Source: Candidatus Saccharimonadota bacterium (lineage in GTDB: Bacteria > Patescibacteriota > Gracilibacteria > Absconditabacterales > Absconditicoccaceae). From it: a stretch of 32,000 bases of DNA. Shown here piece after piece: positions 8,063 through 16,885 of the stretch (positions are counted from its first letter, which is position 1; every line of letters begins with the position of its first letter). The notes below the pieces were generated by a model. It ran no database searches, was not told where the DNA came from, and saw only the letters and a program-made list of their open reading frames with translations. The stretch lies in NCBI GenBank assembly GCA_030429145.1, contig JAUIDC010000001.1:150001-182000 (forward strand), given 5' to 3'. Both the position numbers and the translations under genes were made by a program.

Positions 8063-10027
8063 TTACTCTTCATCTTTCTGTTTCTTGTCTGTTGGCTGTG
8101 ACATCTCCTCTGCTCCAGTGTCATCACCCTGTTCTTCAAGGGTCATACCAACGATAGCATCTTCTGCAGAGATGGCATCAAGCTTTGATTCATCTTTTAC
8201 TGCATCACGATTGATATACACAAACATAGGCATAATCATCGGTACACGACCAATATTCTTCTCTATGAACTCTCCGAGCTCATCCTTCATAGTCTTCAGG
8301 ATCATTTTCACATCTCCCGTATTCTTGAGATGGTGATAGAATTTCTTCTTTGCGAACTCTACGATATCTGTATGGATTTTTTGCACCTCTGATGAGTAGA
8401 CGAAACCACGTGACTCGATCTGGATATTACCCACGAGTTCTTTGGTCTTTGTATCTACCTTAAAGATAAGCGCTAACACACCGTCCTGCGACATGATTTT
8501 ACGAGCCTTGATCACGTACTCTCCTGAGAGATGACCCATACCAAGACCGTCGATCATAACAACATCAAGTTTCATCTGGTATTTTGAAAGTTCGACTCTA
8601 TCGTCATACATTTCGATAACGCTACCATTTTTCTCTGGCATGATAATGTTTTCATCAGGTATTCCCATATCTAGACCCAATGCTCTGTGAGAATATCTCT
8701 CTGCAGCAGGCATATAGTATGGAAGGAAATACTCAGGTTTCACAAGTCCAAGCATGATCTTGTGGTCTTCTGCACCACCATGACCGCTGGCATGTACGTC
8801 CATCGCATCATTGGTAATAAGATTGATCTTCTTGATAACGAGATCATTGATCATCTTTGCAAATTGTGACTCATTACCAGGAATCGTACTTGCAGACATC
8901 ACGACAGTGTCACCTGGTCTCAGTTCAAAGTGCTGGTGCTCTCCTCTTGCAATACGCGCAAGTGCCGAGAACTCTTCACCTTGGGCACCTGTAGAAAGCA
9001 ATACTACTCTTTCATCTGGTAGTGTCTCGATCTCGTTTGCATTGATCAGCTTACGAACCGTTCCCTTTGGAAAGTTAATATAGCCAAGCTGCTGACAGAT
9101 CTCCACGTTGTTGATCATCGATCTTCCTGAAAGGAATACGACTTTATTATTTTTCACAGCAGCTTGAATAATCTGGATGATACGTCCGACATTTGACGCA
9201 AACGTCGCAATTACCATCCTCGATTTTGTTGCTTTGATAATAGCTTCGATAGACTCTCCGACTCTCTTTTCTGAGATAGCGAAGCCTGGTTTATTTGCAC
9301 CAAGTGAGTCTCCGATATAGAGTTTTACACCCTCTGTACCAATACGTGCGATCTTCGAAAGATCTGCAGGCTTATCGATAGCTGGTGTATGGTCGATCTT
9401 AAAGTCTGATGAGTTGAAGATCAGTCCCTTAGGCGTATGAATCGCCATAGCCATCGTCTCTGGGATGTTGTGGTTCACATGCACATACTCGATCGTAAAA
9501 CATCCAAGTTTTACAATATCCTTATCTGGGTCAATAAGTTTTGCTTTGATTCTTCCGAGCTGTTTTGGATCATCGAATGTTTTCTTCACAATACCGAGTG
9601 TCAGTGGTGTCGTATAGATCATTGGAAAATCCAATGCTGGCAAGACATGACGAAGTGCTCCCACGTGGTCAAGATGGCCGTGAGAAAGTAAAATACCTCT
9701 AATCTTGTGCTGATTTTTCTTCAAATATGAGATATCTGGAATAATATAGTCTGCTCCAAGTGTCTCTTCTGCTGAGAACTCCATACCTGCATCGACGATG
9801 ATAATATCATCCTTGTATTCGATAAAGATACACTGTCCTACCTGCTCTAGACCAAGTAATGAACCAATTCTTACAGGGATTTCTCCCTTGTATACAGGTT
9901 CTTCAAATTGTTCTTGTTTTGGTTTTCTCGTATATCTTCTTGGGCCTCTACGAGTTGGCGCTTTCTTTGCGTTGTTTTTTTTGTTAAAATCAATATGCAC
10001 GTTTGTTGAAATAGTTGATGGATTCAT
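8063..10027 (-). CDS. rnj: ribonuclease J (metallo-beta-lactamase / beta-CASP)
   Basis: Intact 654-aa ORF with 'LSHGHLDHVGAL' (HxHxDH), 'DVHASGHG' and beta-CASP-length architecture. Basic N-terminal extension. No in-frame TGA. Ends TAA. Confidence 0.9.
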   Translation of the reverse strand: MNPSTISTNVHIDFNKKNNAKKAPTRRGPRRYTRKPKQEQFEEPVYKGEIPVRIGSLLGLEQVGQCIFIEYKDDIIIVDAGMEFSAEETLGADYIIPDISYLKKNQHKIRGILLSHGHLDHVGALRHVLPALDFPMIYTTPLTLGIVKKTFDDPKQLGRIKAKLIDPDKDIVKLGCFTIEYVHVNHNIPETMAMAIHTPKGLIFNSSDFKIDHTPAIDKPADLSKIARIGTEGVKLYIGDSLGANKPGFAISEKRVGESIEAIIKATKSRMVIATFASNVGRIIQIIQAAVKNNKVVFLSGRSMINNVEICQQLGYINFPKGTVRKLINANEIETLPDERVVLLSTGAQGEEFSALARIARGEHQHFELRPGDTVVMSASTIPGNESQFAKMINDLVIKKINLITNDAMDVHASGHGGAEDHKIMLGLVKPEYFLPYYMPAAERYSHRALGLDMGIPDENIIMPEKNGSVIEMYDDRVELSKYQMKLDVVMIDGLGMGHLSGEYVIKARKIMSQDGVLALIFKVDTKTKELVGNIQIESRGFVYSSEVQKIHTDIVEFAKKKFYHHLKNTGDVKMILKTMKDELGEFIEKNIGRVPMIMPMFVYINRDAVKDESKLDAISAEDAIVGMTLEEQGDDTGAEEMSQPTDKKQKDEE

Positions 10028-10102
10028 GGAAATAAATAAATAGAATATAAAGTAAAATGTATTTGTATGATAATTTTAATTCTGTGATACTTGTATTAGT
10101 GT

Positions 10103-10681
10103 ATGTGAATCGACTTTCTTGATAGTTTCAGAGAGCGTTGTATTGCTCGCCGCGTACCAATCATCTCAAAGCCGACAGAGGCGTATCTCAAAGGAATTAT
10201 TGCAAAACATGCTCCTCGTCGTGTTTTAGAAGTTGGAAGTGCCGTGTGATATAGTGCCAGTGTGATTTCCCGTGAAATTGCATCATATGGTGGAATCCTC
10301 TATACATTTGAGATTGGATACCGAGATTATGTAAGTGCATTATATACATTTCATAAGCAACACGCATACAATGTCGTCTCTTACCACGCCGATTTCTTAG
10401 ACGTTGATCTTGCAAAATTGGGTATTGAGAAAATCGATATGATACTAGTAGACGGAAGGAAAAATCAATACAAGGAGTATATCCTCAGGGTTTCCGACTT
10501 CGTGGCCTCTGATGGGATTATTGTCGTAGATGACGCCATCAAGTTCGCTCACAAAACATCTTCATTATATGATTTTCTGGAAAAAAATCAAATCCAATAT
10601 GAGCTCTTACAACTTGACGAAGATGACGGAATCATCGTAATATACAATGCTTGAGTGCAATTACAGAAAAAGAAGGTCTAA
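10103..10681 (+). CDS. class I SAM-dependent O-methyltransferase (family 3, YrrM/caffeoyl-CoA OMT-like)
   Basis: 192 aa with 3 TGA. 'RRVLEVGSAV-G-YSASVIS' (TGA 10247-10249) is the SAM-binding motif I; 'MILVDGRKNQY' and 'GIIVVDD' follow. The apparent stop TGA 10652-10654 reads through 8 codons to TAA 10679-10681. Confidence 0.72.
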
Positions 10682-10697
10682 AACACCTTCTTTTTTA
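10671..10697. terminator. intrinsic terminator hairpin (AGAAGGT/ACCTTCT + T-run)
   Basis: agaaggt-ctaaaac-accttct followed by ttttttattt. It overlaps the last codons of the methyltransferase and sits between convergent genes. Confidence 0.55.
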
Positions 10698-10720
10698 TTT
10701 ACATTGACTTCTCAGCTCGA

Positions 10721-11134
10721 TTATTCTTCGCTCATCTCTTTGAGGTCGATTTTCTCACCCTCAAGTTCCATCTTATCGATAGTTTTTGAGATGAACGGAT
10801 CAACGAACATCCAGTGTGTTGCCGTAGCAAAATCTTCATCTTCTAGCGCATGTGCTGATTGGACAAATGCCACATTTTGATTGTTGTACTTCAATAGATA
10901 GTTCAAAGAGTCTCCTTTGTCTGATACCACTTTGATAGTTACACTATCTTTATCGTATTCACCTGGATAGTCGATAGTAAACGCATCATCTTTATTCTCA
11001 TCATTTTGATATCTCATCTCTTCACCCTTCGTCAGCATGAGATTGATATAGTTTTTTTCTGGCTCTGAGAAACAAAGATAAAATTTCCCTTCAAGGATGT
11101 AGCCGTCTTTATGTGGTTTAATGTTTACTGCCAT
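10721..11134 (-). CDS. hypothetical protein (137 aa)
   Basis: Intact ORF with no TGA, ends TAA. Acidic. No family recognised. Confidence 0.55.
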   Translation of the reverse strand: MAVNIKPHKDGYILEGKFYLCFSEPEKNYINLMLTKGEEMRYQNDENKDDAFTIDYPGEYDKDSVTIKVVSDKGDSLNYLLKYNNQNVAFVQSAHALEDEDFATATHWMFVDPFISKTIDKMELEGEKIDLKEMSEE

Positions 11135-11166
11135 GGTCTAGTTTTACGTTTATACAATATAAAGAT

Positions 11167-11766
11167 TTATGTAAAGAAGTTTGGATTGATCAGTCTGAGG
11201 ATCGCACCCGATGCACCGAGAATTGCAAGGCCGATAGCCACCTTGATGATTTTCTTTTTTCCTTCTCATGGATTACCAGATGCTCGCTGCACTCCGCCTA
11301 TAATAACGAACATCAGTGACACTATCAAGATGACTGTTACGACAATCTTTGAGAGTCCACCAATGAGATCAGTAAAGGCTGTACTAGCGCTTGAACCAGC
11401 GCTACTAGAGTTATCTTTATTGATGCATTTGCCGACGAAGGGAACATTGGTATTGAGCTTAATGCCTCCCTCAGCAATACAGCTACAATACTCTGTTTCT
11501 CCTGGATAGTTTGCAATACACTCATTGTATTTCTGACCATCACTACTATTGCTACTATTGCTGCCGCCAAGACTATTGAGATTATTTTGCGACTGCTGAT
11601 TGGGGTTATTTGGTGTATTACCATTGAACTGCGCACTACTCTGCCCATTGATATTGTTGGGCATAGATGTCATACCTGGCCCGTCTTCTGCAAAGATAGG
11701 CATCACAAATCACGAGGCAACAGCGACCATGATAACTAACCAACCTTTTATATATTTTATCATCAT
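11167..11766 (-). CDS. secreted/membrane protein with VirB2/TrbC-pilin-like C-terminal two-helix hairpin
   Basis: 199 aa after extension across TGA 11710-11712 (signal peptide 'MMIKYIKGWLVIMVAVAS-G-FVMPIFA') and TGA 11266-11268. The middle is N/Q/S-rich with a Cys motif ('YNECIANYPGETEYCSCI...VPFVGKCI'). The C-terminus is TM1 'IVVTVILIVSLMFVIIGGV', loop 'QRASGNPGEGKKK', TM2 'IIKVAIGLAILGASGAILRLI'. Ends TAA 11167-11169. Confidence 0.45.
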
Positions 11767-11783
11767 AGCTCCTGTGAAATAAA

Positions 11784-12227
11784 TTAGATCATACTGACAA
11801 TAATATCATTGAGCATCTTGCCATCTACGACAGCCTTGTGCTCAGCCATGATGGCTCCTACGAGTTTACCACGCTCAGCTTTGAGATCCTGGATGCCAAG
11901 CTCCGTCTTTTTCTGCTCAACGAGGTTACGGAGCTGCTCCTCACTCATCATCTGAGGAATATACTCCTCCATCACCGCTATATTACTTTTTTCTGCAGCA
12001 ACATCATCACTCTTTCCAGCCTTTTCTAGATAGTCTATCGACTCATTTCTCGACTTAATTTCCTTCCTGATAAGCGCTATCACCTCATCGTCACTCACAT
12101 CCGTTTTCAATTCAATTTTCTTATTTTTTATCTGGGCAATAATATAATTTAATATACCCTTTTTCACATCATCCTTTTCTTTAAAGGCCTGCTTATAATC
12201 ATCAAACAGCTTTTGTTCGAGCGACAT
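11784..12227 (-). CDS. yqeY: GatB/YqeY domain-containing protein
   Basis: Intact 147-aa ORF. 'LKEAMKAKD'-type N-terminus ('YKQAFKEKDDVKKGILNYIIAQIKN'), 'EIKSRNESIDYLEKAG' and 'GKLVGAIMAE' are typical of YqeY. Confidence 0.8.
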   Translation of the reverse strand: MSLEQKLFDDYKQAFKEKDDVKKGILNYIIAQIKNKKIELKTDVSDDEVIALIRKEIKSRNESIDYLEKAGKSDDVAAEKSNIAVMEEYIPQMMSEEQLRNLVEQKKTELGIQDLKAERGKLVGAIMAEHKAVVDGKMLNDIIVSMI

Positions 12228-12251
12228 TTTTCTTATAAAAAGAATAAATAT

Positions 12252-12647
12252 TTAGTTCCTATTTGCCTCCAAGATAGGCAATCCTGCTTCAGTAGGTATA
12301 TAGATAACCTGACTCTGTGTATTATCAAGCTTATCGATATAGAGATATCTGAGATATTCGTCATTTCCCTCTAGACTATCCCCGATAATTCTATTCGCTT
12401 CTGCTACCCCTTTTGCTTTTTCTATCTCGGCTTCAGCTTTGAGCTTCGCATTTTCCAGCTCTGCCTTCCCTTCTTCAATAAGAATTTTCTTTGTTCGCTC
12501 AGCCTCTCTGAGAGCTGCTTCTCCTTTCAGTGTCTGTGCATAGATACGATATTTAGGTATCCCTCGAAGCATACCGATGATAAGAGCTACCGCCACGAGA
12601 ATAAATATTAACACTGCTCATAGTGATCCCTTTTCAGTTTTTTGCAT
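12252..12647 (-). CDS. short SPFH/band-7 (prohibitin)-like membrane protein
   Basis: 131 aa with ATG at 12647 and one TGA (12618-12620). N-terminal TM, a coiled 'AELENAKLKAEAEIEKAKGVAEANRII' segment, and a 'QVIYIPTEAGLPILEA' tail resembling SPFH C-termini. Much shorter than canonical SPFH proteins. Confidence 0.45.
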
Positions 12648-12744
12648 AGATATAGTATCAGTAAGTTAAAAGTTATTATATGTTGCAAATATGTATTCAT
12701 CATACAGAAGCCCTCTATTTCTGCAAGTCATTTCTTTCTTCTAT

Positions 12745-12777
12745 ACAAAAAAACAACCGGTAGAGCGGTTGCTTTTT
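12745..12777 (-). terminator. intrinsic terminator downstream of tRNA-Leu
   Basis: CAACCG (12754-12759) pairs with CGGTTG (12766-12771), flanked by an A-run and a T-run, so it could act in both directions. Confidence 0.55.
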
Positions 12778-12860
12778 TGGTGCTGGAGAGGAGACTCGAA
12801 CTCCCAAGCCGAAGCATACGCACCTCAAGCGTACGTGTATACCAATTCCACCACCCCAGC
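12778..12860 (-). tRNA. tRNA-Leu (anticodon GAG), CCA encoded
   Basis: The 83-nt reverse complement folds as a class II cloverleaf. Acceptor GCTGGGG/CTCCAGC; anticodon stem TACGC/GCGTA with loop TTGAGGT. It has an 11-nt variable arm, T-arm GGGAG-TTCGAGT-CTCCT, discriminator A and 3' CCA. Confidence 0.88.
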
Positions 12861-12908
12861 ATAAAGCATTTGTGTGATATAGAGCTAAGCTCCTTCGGCG
12901 TACAGACT

Positions 12909-12936
12909 ACTATAGTGAGTTTCCTCGAAAATTCAA
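12909..12936 (-). promoter_or_regulatory. candidate promoter upstream of tRNA-Leu (TTGAAT-N16-TATAGT on minus strand)
   Basis: The reverse complement of 12931-12936 is TTGAAT and of 12909-12914 is TATAGT. It lies between the pilin stop and the tRNA. Confidence 0.35.
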
Positions 12937-12945
12937 CAGATATTA

Positions 12946-13491
12946 TTAATGTTTCTTCATATTAATCGGGTCATATACATACCAGTAGTTTGTTTGTGGC
13001 TGTCCTCCATTTGGACAGAGTCACAAACCATTTTGAGGGCTGTTTTGATGAGCATATACGTAACTTTTTAACTGACATCTTGCCTGGTCTTCTCTGTTTT
13101 CAAGTGCTGCATACAGTGCATAACTCGTTATGCCATAAGTTCCGTCCCAGTTTCGATAACGATATGTGTATTGACCTGTCACATTATTTGGACCATTATT
13201 TACTGGGTCGACTGGCACGGAGGTCATATATGTTCCCGCCAATCACGTTATCCACAGTGCAGGCGTATTATAACTCCATCTATCGGAGCCAGGATTTGCA
13301 TAGACACCATTGTCCAGCCTATAGACTTCATTCGCATTATAGATAGACGACAAATCTGTCTTACGTTTTGCGTCTCTCGCTCTTCATTGGATAGAGTTGA
13401 GTCTCGGCACGAGAGCGGCCGCCAAAATACCGATAATCACGATGACTATCAGCATTTCTATCAGTGTAAACGTTTTTATCTTTTTATTCAT
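12946..13491 (-). CDS. type IV pilin / pseudopilin-like protein (prepilin-type N-terminal domain)
   Basis: 181 aa joined across 3 TGA (13384-13386, 13243-13245, 13021-13023). The N-terminus 'MNKKIKTFTLIEMLIVIVIIGILAAALVPRL' is the class III signal/methylation motif with the conserved Glu at +5. GGGAG lies 3 nt upstream of the ATG. Ends TAA 12946-12948. Confidence 0.8.
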
Positions 13492-13530
13492 TACTCCCTG
13501 AAGGATAAATATTCATATTAGCTACTTTCC

Positions 13531-13559
13531 TATATAGTTAATTTTCTTTCGTAATGCAA
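13531..13559 (-). promoter_or_regulatory. candidate promoter for the pilin gene (TTGCAT-N17-TATATA on minus strand)
   Basis: The reverse complement of 13554-13559 is TTGCAT and of 13531-13536 is TATATA, about 40 nt upstream of ATG 13491. Confidence 0.35.
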
Positions 13560-13560
13560 G

Positions 13561-13591
13561 AAAAAAGACCTGTCACGAAGACAGATCTTTT
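13561..13591 (-). terminator. intrinsic terminator after the sigma-r4/HTH gene
   Basis: The minus strand reads AGATCTGTC-TTCGT-GACAGGTCT (one mismatch) followed by TTTTTT, 19 nt after stop 13610. Confidence 0.55.
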
Positions 13592-13609
13592 AGTATGTTA
13601 TCGTCTTAT

Positions 13610-14722
13610 TTACTTAGCAGTTTTTTTACTCTTAGCTCCTTTCAACTGATATACTCCCTTATCTACTCTTTCAAACATATCTTTGTATTTCTGAAGATTG
13701 AGAAGTACTGTATTTGGGCTAACCATCTTTTCTTTCAACAGCTCTTTTGAAATCTCTTTCACTGTCATAGGTCTCGCATTTTTTTTGAGGATACGAGCGA
13801 TGATATCTTTCACCACACCACCTTGGATACCCCACTCTCTGAGTCCATAGATACCAAGTCCCATGTTAACAAATGTTTGATTGTTCTTAACCAACTCATT
13901 GTGAACAGTCGTTACCTTGATAGCCTTGCTTGGGAACCACTCCATGATCTTTGAAGGAATCTCCTGGAAGTGAAGAGGCTTGTTTACCTTTCTTAGCACG
14001 TACATGATTTTCAGCTTGATAGTCTTTGGATTCACATCTGCGAAGTCCTGTAGTCCTACCTTACCGTCAAATGTTTTTGCTCCTCTGATCACATTGAAGA
14101 AGTTTGTGTAGAAGAGTGTATTGTTAAGATAGTGAATATTTGGATGTTGCGGTTGGAATTCAGCTTTTAGTTTATCAATAAACTCATACAAGTCTTCTGA
14201 CTCTCCTGTTTTTTCAAAGTAGTTGTTCACGAAGAGTGTCATCTTTGTAAGGAGATCTTCGAAAAGTGGATCCTTGTAGAATGCCTTGTAGAGAAGTTTA
14301 TTTCTTTTGAGATAGTTGATGTCAAAGTCAGATACGAGAATCAACTTCAACTCTTGTGCAGAAAATTTAAACACACCTTTGTTTACCATCTTCTTGATCA
14401 TATCCTCTTCCGAAAGAAGACCTCCTGATACGTCAAGCGTTTTCTTTGCCTCTTCCAATACCTTCACGTACTTATCGTTGCCAACAATAAGTCTTCTGAA
14501 TCTCATAAGAGCCTGTGTCTCGATCTGTCTTACACGCTCTCTTGTCATGTTGTAGTCCTGTCCGATTCTCTGCAAAGGAATTTCTTTCCCTGTGAGAAGT
14601 CCGAATTTTTTACAGAGCACAAGTTGCTCCTTCGGCTTACAATATTGAAGGATATCTTTGATGTTAGTACTATCAATGTCGACCTTAATTTTTTTGTCGT
14701 CCATCTTTATATTAAAATTCAT
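13610..14722 (-). CDS. DNA-binding protein with N-terminal sigma-70 region 4 and C-terminal winged-HTH (HARE-HTH-like)
   Basis: Intact 370-aa ORF, no TGA. 'EQLVLCKKFGLLTGKEIPLQRIGQDYNMTRERVRQIETQALMRFRR' is a textbook sigma-70 region 4.1/4.2, but no region 2 is evident. The C-terminus 'ARPMTVKEISKELL...NTVLLNLQKY...FERVDKGVYQL' looks like an HTH. Confidence 0.55.
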   Translation of the reverse strand: MNFNIKMDDKKIKVDIDSTNIKDILQYCKPKEQLVLCKKFGLLTGKEIPLQRIGQDYNMTRERVRQIETQALMRFRRLIVGNDKYVKVLEEAKKTLDVSGGLLSEEDMIKKMVNKGVFKFSAQELKLILVSDFDINYLKRNKLLYKAFYKDPLFEDLLTKMTLFVNNYFEKTGESEDLYEFIDKLKAEFQPQHPNIHYLNNTLFYTNFFNVIRGAKTFDGKVGLQDFADVNPKTIKLKIMYVLRKVNKPLHFQEIPSKIMEWFPSKAIKVTTVHNELVKNNQTFVNMGLGIYGLREWGIQGGVVKDIIARILKKNARPMTVKEISKELLKEKMVSPNTVLLNLQKYKDMFERVDKGVYQLKGAKSKKTAK

Positions 14723-14768
14723 GGCAAGAGGTGTTTAGAAGGTAAAACGTAAACGCATCTTGTGAAAC

Positions 14769-14797
14769 ATTATTATGCATTTACTGATTATTGTCAA
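14769..14797 (-). promoter_or_regulatory. candidate promoter for the sigma-r4/HTH gene (TTGACA-N17-AATAAT on minus strand)
   Basis: The reverse complement of 14792-14797 is TTGACA and an A/T -10-like hexamer lies at 14769-14775. Confidence 0.3.
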
Positions 14798-14908
14798 GCA
14801 CAACTTTTAAGTTCAAACTGTATATTGGAATTATAGCATTGTGCTCATTTAATGTCAATGGAAGATTTTCTTGCTCCATTTATTTCTTAATAATTCATCA
14901 TCCTACTT

Positions 14909-16003
14909 TTACTGTCCAACTTTAAAGACGATCACGTCTCACTCTTGTACTATATACTCTTTTCACTCTAAACGCAAGTATCATTTTTCTCTCGCTTGTG
15001 ACCAGCCTCCTGCTTCGATAAACTTATCGTATGAGACTATCTCTGCTTTGATAAATTTCTTTTGAAAGTCTGTATGGATTGCTCCTGCTGCTTCAGGTGC
15101 ACGCGATCATTTTTCTATCGTTCGCGCACGAGTTTCTTTTTCACCTGTCGTGAAATAATACATAAGTCAGAGAGTATTGAATGCGAGTGAGATCATGTCA
15201 TCCAATGTAGGAATGTCTTTTCATGGATGCATGTCCTGCACGAACTCCTCTCTTTCTTCAGGAGTAAATCCAAGCATCTCTGCTTCCATCTTTGCACAGA
15301 CGATCGCAACTGGACGTTGGAGTTTTTCTTCGAACTCTTTTTTGATAGCTTCAGCATTTGCGAGTTCATCTTGTGATACATTGACCGCGTAGACGAATGG
15401 TTTAAATGTCAGAAGATTGTAACTCCTCAATAGATCTAACGCCTCACCAGCGAACTCATCTTTCACTTCGTACGCCAGTTTCCCTTGCATAAGGGCATCA
15501 TAAATAGTCTTCAAGACTGGATACAATTTTGTTGCTTCACTATCCTTCGCCTTTGCTTTTTTCTCCAGTGACGGAAGCTTTGATTCGATCTGTTCTATAT
15601 CCGCCATGATGAGCTCTGTATTGATAATCTCAACATCACGAAACGGATCTACATCTCCTTCTACATGCATCACATCACTATCATCAAAATGACGAAGCAC
15701 TTGTACGATGGCATCTACCTCGCGGATATGTGCAAGAAATTTATTTCCCAGACCCTCTCCTTTCGATGCTCATTTTACGAGCCCTGCAATATCAACGAAT
15801 TTTATATTCGCATATATTTTTTTCTGTGTATGTGAAATCTCTGCAAGTTTATCAACTCTCTTATCTACCACATCCACGATACCAACATTTGGTTCTATCG
15901 TACAAAACGGAAAATTTGCAGCATCCGCTGCATAGGTTTTTGTCAACGAATTGAACAGTGTTGATTTCCCGACATTTGGCAGTCCAACAATTCCTATTTT
16001 CAT
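14909..16003 (-). CDS. ychF: ribosome-binding ATPase YchF (Obg-family GTPase)
   Basis: 364 aa rebuilt from track ORFs 15770..16003 and 15221..15700 plus five more pieces across 7 in-frame TGA. G1 motif '[15 protein letters not shown]'. '[20 protein letters not shown]' has TGA at 15770-15772. C-terminal TGS-like 'RLEGKEYIVQEGDVIVFKV'. Ends TAA 14909-14911. Length matches canonical YchF. Confidence 0.92.
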
Positions 16004-16023
16004 ATATTAATAGTAGAAAGGTA

Positions 16024-16049
16024 CAAAAAAAGAGTCTTTGACGACTCTT
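16024..16049 (-). terminator. intrinsic terminator upstream of ychF (ends the 16092..17938 unit)
   Basis: The minus strand reads AAGAGTC-GTCAAA-GACTCTT followed by TTTTTT. Confidence 0.6.
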
Positions 16050-16091
16050 GGTAGTATATGAAATCATTATTAAATTACAATGGTAGTAGCT

Positions 16092-16775
16092 TTATGCTCT
16101 TTTTTTCATAAATCTCTTTGCTGGTGTAAGATGTCCTGGTTTTACATTTGTTCTAGCCATCATATATTCGTCAGGATGATATTGATTTGCTTCTGTCATA
16201 TATGGCTGTTCTCCATCTGTTGTCAATCACTCCCACCCTGGGAATGTCTGCTGAGTATCCTTCACCTCTTCATAATATGAGACCAACTGAGATGAATTCT
16301 TAACAAGTGTCCCTACAACTCTTTGAAAATCTTTGTCATTTCTAAATTTTTTAGGCAAAGTTCTTATTGCTGCACCAATTCCTCCTCAATGCGAGTCGCT
16401 GTAATATGCCAACAGCATTGCTTTCACCTTCTTCAATGCCTTATGAGTATCTTCTGCCATGGATCACGTGGTCTCCAATGTTTTTAATTTCTTTACGATA
16501 CTGTTTCGCAGATCAATATAAGGAACCCCAGTCGAAGAATTGGTTCTATTTCAGAGCATATGATCTTCTATAAATTTCTTTGTATAAATAGAACGAGATT
16601 TATAGAAGAGTTCTTTTATTGCTTCTTTCGTCTGATCTACATACATAGTTGATTGTGGTTGTTCTTGAACTTCTGTCTTGCGAGTTGTGTCAGAAAGTCT
16701 TTCTCCACCGAATGGATAGGGTCAACGAAGATTGTTTACATAAGAAGATGTTGATCAGAATGATCCTCATACCAT
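16092..16775 (-). CDS. hypothetical protein (227 aa), UGA-rich
   Basis: A continuous minus-strand frame appears only with TGA=Gly (7 in-frame TGA). ATG at 16775, TAA at 16092-16094. The track shows only Cys-rich antisense fragments on the + strand here. No family recognised. Confidence 0.55.
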
Positions 16776-16885
16776 AACAATTGTTGTTTACAAACCAAAA
16801 AGAGTTTTCTCTTTGTTTGATATTATCAGTTTGCGATAATAATATCGATTAATCTTTGTTTGTCTAGGGGAAATGAAAGGCGCTA

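Noticed and set aside
10197-10415. Minus-strand 72-aa ORF, rich in His/Met/Arg.
   Set aside because: It is antisense to the O-methyltransferase frame, which carries the SAM-binding motif.
13247-13255. Perfect DnaA-box 9-mer TTATCCACA, a possible origin signal.
   Set aside because: It is a single copy, lies inside the pilin coding sequence, and has no cluster of boxes, AT-rich unwinding element or dnaA/dnaN nearby. It is most likely chance.
16080-16573. Short Cys-rich + strand ORFs in the track (16080..16280, 16367..16573).
   Set aside because: They are antisense to a continuous minus-strand frame that opens once TGA is read as Gly, and their composition is implausible for proteins.
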